From a bacterium (lineage in GTDB: Bacteria > Patescibacteriota > Minisyncoccia > UBA6257 > JAGOQP01): DNA of 64,000 nt. Made by a program: the position numbers and the translations under genes. The notes beneath the pieces are model-generated. The model was not told the DNA's origin. It did not search any database and saw nothing but the letters and a program-made list of their open reading frames with translations. Location: assembly GCA_021780155.1 (NCBI GenBank), contig JAJXZH010000032.1:8889-72888 (forward strand), given 5' to 3'. Shown piece after piece: positions 1 through 7,638 of this stretch (positions are counted from its first letter, which is position 1; every line of letters begins with the position of its first letter).

Positions 1-1
1 T

Positions 2-1510
2 ATTACTCACTGGATAATAAAGTTAAGAAATTGGAGAAAAGAATATGATGACACCGGATTAATTACAACTCCAAATGTCGAAAAAGTTTATGGAGCCATA
101 AGAGAAAAAGCTAAAAGAGCATTAAACGATGAAAATAAAGTTGGCGTTTTCACGCTATTGGGTGAAACAGGAACTGGAAAAACGGTCGCCGCCAGAAGAA
201 TTGCCAAGGAAATGTCCGGTGAGCATAATTATGAATTTATTCAAGCGCATTCCAGGATGGTGCCCGAAGAATTAATCGCCAGATTTGGACTGACGGTAAA
301 TGAAGTTGATCCTCAAAAAGTTCCGGAAATGATTAAATTGGCTCAAGAAAATTTTGCCAAGGATAATCCGGGAGTTGTCGGTGATGATAAAAAATTTGCT
401 TTTGATACGATAGAGCAGGTGGTAAAAAGTAGCGCGGCTCAAAAACAACTTGAAACCAAAACAATATATGAGCCGGTTGCAAGAGCGGCTCAGGAGGGTA
501 AAGTGGTGGTTATTGATGAGTTTAATTATCTATCTCCGGAAACTTTGGCGTCGCTTAACGCTTTTTTGGCGTCAGAACCGGGTAAAAATGGAGTTTTTAG
601 TATGGGTGGGAGAAGCGAACAATTTTTGGTACAAAGAGGATTTGGAATTATTTTTACCGGAAATATAGGAAAGAATTTTTTAAACAGAAGTAAGCTTGAT
701 CAGGCATCCGTCAACAGAATTTTAACAAATGTTTATGAATATCAATATCCGGATCAAGAAATAAATAAACCACTTGCCGAATCAATTGTTAATCCATCAA
801 AAAATAAAGGGTATTCAAGGGATCTTTTTGATTCTGCCGTTACTTTGTTGGCTGATAAAAAAGGTAATGTTTCGGCACCCATCGGAGCTATGGAGAAAGT
901 TTGGAATATGACGCGGGCATTTTCTATAATTCAAAGACTAAATGCCGGCGAAGATTTTAGATCGCTTGGAATAGATGCAGATGGAGGATTGGAGCAAAAG
1001 ATAACTGGATTTAAATTTGAATCTATAGCACTTTCGTTTAGGCAGTTAAATTCAATAATTGAGGCCTGGAGATCTGAAGGGTTTAGTCAGCCACTTGATT
1101 ATTATTTGTATGACATGATAGTGAGGCCAGCTTTTATATTGGCTCCAAAAGAGGCGGCTCAGATTTTATATGTTTTTAGAAGTTGGGGTGGATTATTTGA
1201 GGGAGAGCCATGGAATTTAATTGAAGTTGATCCAAAGAGTTGGTCAATTAAGGGTTTAAAGATGATAAATAAAAAAGATATAAAATATGATTCCAAGATT
1301 AGCTCGGTAGAATTATCTGATGTTGCTCAGGAAATTTCCGGGCAAGAAATACCGGCATACCAAAAATTTGAAGGTGATGGTGAAGAAGTTAAAAAAAATA
1401 GTGAAAGAATAGAGATGGAGCTTGAAGAAATAGAAACAAATTTTGCCAACGCCGTCAAAGAAATGGAGTCTGTTAGTAATTTAGCTGATATTATTTGTGG
1501 CGATAAATAA
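2..1510 (+). CDS. AAA+ ATPase, MoxR/AAA_5-like; 5' end lies outside the window
   Basis: Reading frame is open from the window edge. Walker A GETGTGKT, Walker B VVVIDEF, and a MoxR-like segment FGIIFTGN...ASVNRI. Long C-terminal extension of unknown function. Confidence 0.6.
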   Translation: MTHWIIKLRNWRKEYDDTGLITTPNVEKVYGAIREKAKRALNDENKVGVFTLLGETGTGKTVAARRIAKEMSGEHNYEFIQAHSRMVPEELIARFGLTVNEVDPQKVPEMIKLAQENFAKDNPGVVGDDKKFAFDTIEQVVKSSAAQKQLETKTIYEPVARAAQEGKVVVIDEFNYLSPETLASLNAFLASEPGKNGVFSMGGRSEQFLVQRGFGIIFTGNIGKNFLNRSKLDQASVNRILTNVYEYQYPDQEINKPLAESIVNPSKNKGYSRDLFDSAVTLLADKKGNVSAPIGAMEKVWNMTRAFSIIQRLNAGEDFRSLGIDADGGLEQKITGFKFESIALSFRQLNSIIEAWRSEGFSQPLDYYLYDMIVRPAFILAPKEAAQILYVFRSWGGLFEGEPWNLIEVDPKSWSIKGLKMINKKDIKYDSKISSVELSDVAQEISGQEIPAYQKFEGDGEEVKKNSERIEMELEEIETNFANAVKEMESVSNLADIICGDK

Positions 1511-1531
1511 ATAAATTTGTTTTTATTTATA

Positions 1532-2260
1532 ATGCCTCTTAACTGCCCAAACATCAAAGAACTCAAAGAAAAGACCAAACAATCTCTGGCCTTGTTAGAA
1601 CAACTCAAAGAAGAGTTCTCTCAAACAGGAAGTGATAAAACAAGACAAGAAATCATCCCACTTCAAAAAGAGGTAGATTCCAATCTGGAAAAGATGAAAG
1701 AGTCCCTTTCTCAATCCATATCCGAAACTCTCAAAGAACAAGGAAATGATACTGTCCCTCCAATCCCCATTAATCCCGAAGGATTTGTTATTGGTGGAGG
1801 TATTATTCTTAAAACCCCAGACATAAAACAACTTCCCATTCTTACAGCTCTCAAAGAAGTTTGTGGAGAGCTTTATGCCCCCTCCGCCACATCCATAAAT
1901 CTCCCCAATCTCAAAGAAATTCATAAATATCTTTATGCCCTCTCCGCCACATCCATAAATCTCCCTAACCTTAAGAAAGTTAATGGAGGTCTTAATGCCT
2001 ACTCCGCCACATCCATAGATCTCCCCAATCTTAAAGAAGTTGATGGAGATCTTGATGCCTACTCCGCCACATCCGTAAATCTCCCTAGCCTTAAGAAAGT
2101 TAATGGAGATCTTTATGTCCTCTCCGCCACATCTATAGATCTTCAATCAATAACGTTAATTAAAGATGATGTCTTTATATCTCAAAAAACATCACCCAAA
2201 GTCGTCAAATATATCCAAGACCTCAAAGAGAGGGGAATAATCAAAGGAGAGATAGCGTAA
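1532..2260 (+). CDS. Repeat protein: N-terminal coiled-coil-like region followed by about five 20-aa LRR-like tandem repeats (consensus LYA.SATSINLPNLK.V.G.)
   Basis: ATG at 1532 is in frame with the track ORF that starts at 1517. A 60-nt DNA period is visible across 1877-2140. Confidence 0.55.
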   Translation: MPLNCPNIKELKEKTKQSLALLEQLKEEFSQTGSDKTRQEIIPLQKEVDSNLEKMKESLSQSISETLKEQGNDTVPPIPINPEGFVIGGGIILKTPDIKQLPILTALKEVCGELYAPSATSINLPNLKEIHKYLYALSATSINLPNLKKVNGGLNAYSATSIDLPNLKEVDGDLDAYSATSVNLPSLKKVNGDLYVLSATSIDLQSITLIKDDVFISQKTSPKVVKYIQDLKERGIIKGEIA

Positions 2261-2359
2261 CAATAAATTTTTTTATCAAATTGTATTCTATATTGTTAAA
2301 TAATAATTATAATTTATTTGATTTTGTCTGTCGTGAGTTTTTTTGTTGCAGGTTGTTAG

Positions 2360-4963
2360 TTATTCAAGGTGCACCTGCTCTCTGAACATTTTAACATAGG
2401 CGGCCAGATAGGGATGATTTTCAAGTTCCGGATCGGATTTTATAATTTCATAAGCGCTGTCTCGGGCAGTCTGGACCAGCTGAGGATTTTGAATGGCTTT
2501 CATTGCCAGGTCGGGTAGTCCAGATTGTTCTTGCCCCAAAAACTGACCCGGACCTCTTAATTTCAAATCAATTTCTGCCAGCTCAAATCCATTTTTGGCG
2601 TTTACCAGCGCCTTCATTCTGTAAGCGGTTGTTTTTGAATTAATATCCGAAAACAAAAAACAATATGATTGATGCTCTCCTCGGCCCACGCGCCCTCTAA
2701 ACTGATACAATTGGGAAAGACCGAAATGTTCGGAACCTTCAATAAGCATTACGGTAGCGTTGGGGATGTCTATGCCGACTTCAATTACTGAAGTGGAAAC
2801 CAGAATATCATATTTTTTATCTTTGAAATCCGTCATTATCTTTTGTTTTTCCGCCGACTTCATTCGTCCGTGCAAAGAAGCGATTTTGAAATTCGGAAAT
2901 ATTTTTTTGGATAATTTTTCCGTTTCTTCTTTAACCGATTTTACCTCCAAATTAAATAACTGGCGGCCAGTCAGGGGAGCTTCCGGATCGGGTGGTTCTA
3001 TTCGCGGACAAATAACAAAAGCTTGTCTCCCGGATTTTATTTGTTGAGTGACAAAATCATAGGCCTTCTGGCGATTAGCTGAAGTCACGGCTTTGGTGAT
3101 AATTGGTTTTCTGTTTTTTGGCAGTTCATTTATCAAGGATAAATCCAAATCTCCAAAGGCGGTTAAGGCGAGAGTGCGGGGTATTGGTGTTGCGCTCATA
3201 CTCAACAGGTGTGGTATCACCAACTCGGATTTACTCTGATTAGACTCGGATTTATTCGGATTATCATAATTTTTGTCGTAAATAATCCTTTGTATTTCTA
3301 GTTTTACATTTCCGAAATTCACCAATAGAGCTAATTTATATTCAGAACCTTTAAGATAATTCCATACTTGTCTTTTTTCAATATTTCCAATAAATGGCAA
3401 TGCTTTCAATTCTAATATTATTTTATTTTCTATTATCAGGTCTGGTTTATACGCGCCAACCTTTTTATCGTTATATTTTATCGTGATGGATTTTTCAGTA
3501 TCGAAATTAATTCTCTTGCTCCGTAGTTCTTCGAGTAGTGCTTTGTGATAAATAACTTCTTTATGACCCGATCCAATTTGATTGTAAACATTAAATAGCG
3601 CTCCTCTTATTTTGTATGTAAGATCTTCGTAAATTAAGTTCGGTTTGGCATCATCCGTTTTTATCCGTGTATTAATCTGTGAATATCCGCGTGTGAGCAA
3701 TGCGCGCTGATTGACTCCGAAACGATGCTGTTCATCAATTACCACCAATGCCGGATTTTTGAATTCAACTCCTTTTTGAATTATAGAGTGAGTTCCTATA
3801 ATTATTTTTATTTTTCCGGATTTGATTTGGGAAAGAAGTTCCTTTTTCGAGATTTCCGTTTCCAGCCCATCTCCATGAAAAGATAATGTTTGGGCCGACG
3901 TTAGTAGCGCTATGCCGTCAGAAAATTCTTCAAAATATTTTTTGAACGTTTCATAGTGCTGGCGGGCAAGGACTTCCGTTGGAGCCATCAAAATTGCTTG
4001 TTTATTATTGTTGGCTACAATTAGCGATGCGATTGCGGCAACGATGGTTTTTCCCGAACCAACATCTCCCTGAAGTAGACGGCTTGTCGGGTGCGTTTTT
4101 TTTAAATCTTCAAGAATTTCATAGAGTGATTTTTTTTGAGCCAGCGTCAATTCAAATGGTATATATGAAAAAAGCTTTTTTATGTATTCCGGAGAATAAT
4201 CGCATGAGTAGGCATCTTGTTTTGAAAGATGCTCCCGCTCGGAAGCGTTTACCAGTTGCAGTAAAAATAAATCTTGAAAAGAAAACCTCCTTTCAGCTTC
4301 TTGAGCTTGTTCTATCGTGTCCGGGTAATGAATTTGAGCAAACGAGTCGGCGAGTGAAGGAAAATTAAATTCTTGAACTACATTTTCCGGCAAAAATTCG
4401 GGACTGTCGGCAAAATCAGGCAATATTTTACTGACAACAAAACGAATCATTTTTGATGTGACCCCTTCGGTTTGGGGATAGACCGGAACCAATCGGCCGG
4501 TGTGGCGAGTTTCCTGAAATTCATCATTAATAATTTCAAACATTGGATTTTGGAATGTAAGATGTTTTCCCTGAAGCATCGGTTTTCCGGCAAAATTAGC
4601 AAACTTTCCTTCTTTTAAAGTGTTAATTAGAAATTTTTGATTAAACCAAACGGCTTTAACCTTTCCGGTTTCATCAGAAATGGTTGCCTCCACTATCCAC
4701 ATTTTTTTGTGGAAAGTTTTATAGATGCCGACTTTTTCTATTTTTCCATAAACTGTCGCTATTTGACCTTCGGCAAGGTCGGATATTTTTGATATTTTTG
4801 AAAAATCCAAATATCTGAAAGGAAAGTAATATAAAACATCTTTAACCGTTTTGAGCTTAAGCTTGGAAAGTTTTTCTGAAATTTTTTGTCCGATGCCTGA
4901 AATTGAAGTTAATGGTGATGAAAAAGAAATCATAAAAAACATTTTACTACTTATTGTCTCCAA
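2360..4963 (-). CDS. recG: ATP-dependent DNA helicase RecG carrying an in-frame ~155-aa insertion (GxxExxY / PD-(D/E)xK-like) between motifs II and III
   Basis: Walker A GDVGSGKT, DEQHRFGV, SATPIPRTL and QLYQFRGRVGRG motifs, plus the N-terminal wedge/OB region. The true start may be the internal Met at 4933. Confidence 0.85.
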   Translation of the reverse strand: METISSKMFFMISFSSPLTSISGIGQKISEKLSKLKLKTVKDVLYYFPFRYLDFSKISKISDLAEGQIATVYGKIEKVGIYKTFHKKMWIVEATISDETGKVKAVWFNQKFLINTLKEGKFANFAGKPMLQGKHLTFQNPMFEIINDEFQETRHTGRLVPVYPQTEGVTSKMIRFVVSKILPDFADSPEFLPENVVQEFNFPSLADSFAQIHYPDTIEQAQEAERRFSFQDLFLLQLVNASEREHLSKQDAYSCDYSPEYIKKLFSYIPFELTLAQKKSLYEILEDLKKTHPTSRLLQGDVGSGKTIVAAIASLIVANNNKQAILMAPTEVLARQHYETFKKYFEEFSDGIALLTSAQTLSFHGDGLETEISKKELLSQIKSGKIKIIIGTHSIIQKGVEFKNPALVVIDEQHRFGVNQRALLTRGYSQINTRIKTDDAKPNLIYEDLTYKIRGALFNVYNQIGSGHKEVIYHKALLEELRSKRINFDTEKSITIKYNDKKVGAYKPDLIIENKIILELKALPFIGNIEKRQVWNYLKGSEYKLALLVNFGNVKLEIQRIIYDKNYDNPNKSESNQSKSELVIPHLLSMSATPIPRTLALTAFGDLDLSLINELPKNRKPIITKAVTSANRQKAYDFVTQQIKSGRQAFVICPRIEPPDPEAPLTGRQLFNLEVKSVKEETEKLSKKIFPNFKIASLHGRMKSAEKQKIMTDFKDKKYDILVSTSVIEVGIDIPNATVMLIEGSEHFGLSQLYQFRGRVGRGEHQSYCFLFSDINSKTTAYRMKALVNAKNGFELAEIDLKLRGPGQFLGQEQSGLPDLAMKAIQNPQLVQTARDSAYEIIKSDPELENHPYLAAYVKMFREQVHLE

Positions 4964-5141
4964 ATTACAGAAATAGCCAATAAATTTTTCTCGATTTTCA
5001 TCTAAAACTTTATCTTTGTTTGGTGCTCATATTTGCCACCGATCTGAAATTTGACCCGTGGTCAATATCAATAATACTAACAAATTTCACTCAAAATAAG
5101 GTTTGGGGCGTATATTTGAGACGGCAAAAAACAATAAAATC

Positions 5142-5183
5142 AATCTGTCAAGTATCTCACGATCGTGAGATACTTGACAGATT
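5142..5183. promoter_or_regulatory. Perfect 42-bp palindrome (21-bp arms) in the divergent recG/glutaredoxin intergenic region; candidate operator
   Basis: aatctgtcaagtatctcacga|tcgtgagatacttgacagatt reads identically on both strands. No T-run follows and both flanking genes diverge from it. Confidence 0.5.
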
Positions 5184-5331
5184 TGTGTCGGTCGCTTATA
5201 TTTACTCAATTGATTTTTGATATGATTTCCGAAGCAAGTTTGCATTCAATTTTGTCCGATATGATTTTTTGAAAATGTTTTTCCGTTATTTGTGAACGAT
5301 TTGATGGTAGTTTTTTTAATTTATTTTTTGG

Positions 5332-5340
5332 TGTTATAAT
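5332..5340 (+). promoter_or_regulatory. Extended -10 element TGTTATAAT upstream of the glutaredoxin gene
   Basis: The same 9-mer precedes the znuA-like gene (15068-15076) and the 164-aa ORF (16776-16784). Confidence 0.4.
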
Positions 5341-5441
5341 TAAATTAAATATTATAGAATATGAAAACTTGTAAATTCTCAAAAAATTGCAGGAGGTAAA
5401 ATTCAAACGATACTTTAGAAAATATAATTAATTTAAAAAAT

Positions 5442-5675
5442 ATGATAAAAATTTATTCAACTACGCATTGCCCGTATTGCAAAATGGCAAAAGATTACTT
5501 TGATAAAAATAAAGTGGAATATAAAGATTACAACGTTGAGGCTGATGAAGAAGCGCTGGCGGATATGGTTAAAAAATCTGGCCAGATGGGAGTCCCGGTA
5601 ATAGATATTAACGGCACTATTATTGTCGGTTTTGACAGGGGAGCTATTGATCAAGTATTGAGTTCCAAAAAATAA
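5442..5675 (+). CDS. Glutaredoxin / NrdH-like redoxin
   Basis: CPYC active site near the N-terminus; 77 aa; thioredoxin fold. Confidence 0.8.
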   Translation: MIKIYSTTHCPYCKMAKDYFDKNKVEYKDYNVEADEEALADMVKKSGQMGVPVIDINGTIIVGFDRGAIDQVLSSKK

Positions 5676-5766
5676 AATCAATTACCAAAATCCCAACAAT
5701 AAGCTATAATTAAACTAATCGGTATTTGTTAGACCGAATTTATTAAAATTAAAAAATAATTTTATT

Positions 5767-6222
5767 ATGTTAACTCTTGAACAGATGTTAATCAGGTTGG
5801 TTATAGCTTTGGCGTTGGGATTTATTATGGGATTTGAAAGAGAGCTTATAGGTAAAGAGGCCGGAGTTAGAACTTGTATGACGGTGGCTTCCGGTGCCGC
5901 TATTTTTGCCATGATATCTATAACCCTTCCTTATATTGTGGCAATTTCTCCGGAAAATCTTTCCGATGTTATTGCCAGAAATAGCGGGTTTTTGACGGTT
6001 GTTGCCAATATCGTTGTTGGTATCGGATTTTTAGGAGCAGGCATAATTATAAAAACAGAAGAAAAAATAAAAGGAGTAACAACTGCCGCGTTGATCTGGT
6101 TTGTGGCGGCGGTTGGCGCTTTGGTTGGATTGGGACTTGTTGATTTTGCAATAATTGCCTCAATAACCATAACCTTGATTTTGTATGTTTTAAGGAATAT
6201 TAGTTTTGGAAAAAAATCTTAG
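5767..6222 (+). CDS. MgtC/SapB family membrane protein
   Basis: N-terminal LALGFIMGFEREL...GVRT signature and hydrophobic helices. Confidence 0.7.
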   Translation: MLTLEQMLIRLVIALALGFIMGFERELIGKEAGVRTCMTVASGAAIFAMISITLPYIVAISPENLSDVIARNSGFLTVVANIVVGIGFLGAGIIIKTEEKIKGVTTAALIWFVAAVGALVGLGLVDFAIIASITITLILYVLRNISFGKKS

Positions 6223-6262
6223 ATTTTTTGTGGTGATTGTTAATTATTAATCAATAAAAAAT

Positions 6263-7189
6263 ATGTATGATGTTGCAATAATCGGCGGAGGACCGTCAGG
6301 AGTGGCTGCCGGTATTTATGCCTCAAGAAAAAAATTAAAATCGGTTTTAATTACCAAAGATTTTGGTGGTCAATCGGTCAATTCTGCGTCTATTGAAAAT
6401 TTTATCGGATATAAATCAATTAGCGGAGTTGATTTTGCAAAAACCATCGAAGAGCAACTAAGAGCCAATGACGGAATTGAAATTAAAGACGGATTGCTTG
6501 TTGTCTCCGTAAAAAAGCTTGGTGATTATCTTTTTGAAATAACCGATAGCGCCGGCGGAATTTATCAAACAAAAACCATTTTGTATGCGGCGGGTAGCGT
6601 TTATAAAAAATTAGAAGTTCCCGGAGAAAAAGAATATGAAGGCAAAGGAGTTTTTTATTGTTCTATCTGTGATGCTCCGCTGATGAAAGGCAAATCGGCG
6701 GCGGTAATCGGCGGAGGAAACAGCGCGCTTGAAGCGGTTATAGATCTTTTGCCGTATGCTTCAAAAATTTATTTAATTACCAGAAGTGGCATAAAAGGCG
6801 ATGCCGTTTATAGAGAAAAAATAGAAAAAGAAAGCAAGGTGGAAATTATAAACAATGCCAATACTCAAGAAATTTTTGGAGATGCTTTTGTCAAAGGAAT
6901 GAAATACAAAGATTCAACAACAAACGAAGAAAAAACTCTCGATGTTTCCGGAGTTTTTGTTTCTATAGGATGGACGCCAAACTCCGGATTGATAAAGGAT
7001 TTGGTCAAGGCCGACGCCAAGGGGCATATTTTAGTTGACTCTAAAACTCAACAATCATCAATGCCGGGTATCTGGGCGGCGGGAGATGTAGCAGACGGTC
7101 TTTATGCCCAAATCGGTCCGGCGATAGGCGAAGGTATAGTGGCACTATTGAATATCTATGACTATATTGTTTCCGAAAATAAAGCATAA
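6263..7189 (+). CDS. trxB: Thioredoxin-disulfide reductase
   Basis: FAD motif GGGPSG, redox CSICD (CxxC), NADPH motif GGGNSA and C-terminal GDVAD. Confidence 0.85.
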   Translation: MYDVAIIGGGPSGVAAGIYASRKKLKSVLITKDFGGQSVNSASIENFIGYKSISGVDFAKTIEEQLRANDGIEIKDGLLVVSVKKLGDYLFEITDSAGGIYQTKTILYAAGSVYKKLEVPGEKEYEGKGVFYCSICDAPLMKGKSAAVIGGGNSALEAVIDLLPYASKIYLITRSGIKGDAVYREKIEKESKVEIINNANTQEIFGDAFVKGMKYKDSTTNEEKTLDVSGVFVSIGWTPNSGLIKDLVKADAKGHILVDSKTQQSSMPGIWAAGDVADGLYAQIGPAIGEGIVALLNIYDYIVSENKA

Positions 7190-7243
7190 AAACTTTTTGG
7201 ATTTTGGATTAAAGAAAAAATCTTTTCTTTAAATTACAAAAAA

Positions 7244-7618
7244 GTGCCTTTTGAGGCGCTTTTTGTTATAATAGAAGTAATTATGATTTTGGTTTATTCT
7301 CTCAAAAATTTTATATTAGATATCCTTCTTTTTTTCAAGCATTGGTATTGGGACGGATTTCATTTTATCTACGGTAAAGCGCTTGGAATTATAAGAGGAT
7401 TGGAAAGGAGTTTGGCAATAAGAATCAATTTAAGATTTCTCTTTCAGCCGTTGTATCAGGAATATAATATTTATGGCTATGTTTTGGGCTTTCTGTTTAG
7501 ATTATTTAGAATTTTATTTGGCGGATTGGGATATTTATTGATAATGGCATTTTTTCTACTCGTTTATTTATTGTGGGCGGTTTTTCCAATTTTTGCCGTT
7601 TATAAAATATTTAAATAA
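7244..7618 (+). CDS. Small hydrophobic membrane protein, hypothetical
   Basis: ORF only; several predicted TM helices. Confidence 0.35.
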   Translation: MPFEALFVIIEVIMILVYSLKNFILDILLFFKHWYWDGFHFIYGKALGIIRGLERSLAIRINLRFLFQPLYQEYNIYGYVLGFLFRLFRILFGGLGYLLIMAFFLLVYLLWAVFPIFAVYKIFK

Positions 7619-7638
7619 TTTTTAAATTAAAGATATTT

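Noticed and set aside
1595-2146. 183-aa ORF on the minus strand
   Set aside because: Antisense shadow of the 60-nt tandem repeats in the 1532-2260 gene; its own repeats (YGCGG.GIK) are just the reverse-complement periodicity.
3224-3688. Intein in RecG
   Set aside because: No Cys/Ser/Thr at the N-terminal junction and no His-Asn plus C/S/T at the C-terminal junction; no Hint or LAGLIDADG motifs. The segment looks like a domain insertion rather than a protein-splicing element.
5020-5406. Two 66-aa ORFs in the recG/glutaredoxin intergenic region
   Set aside because: AT-rich, no RBS, overlap the 42-bp palindrome and promoter elements; likely non-coding.
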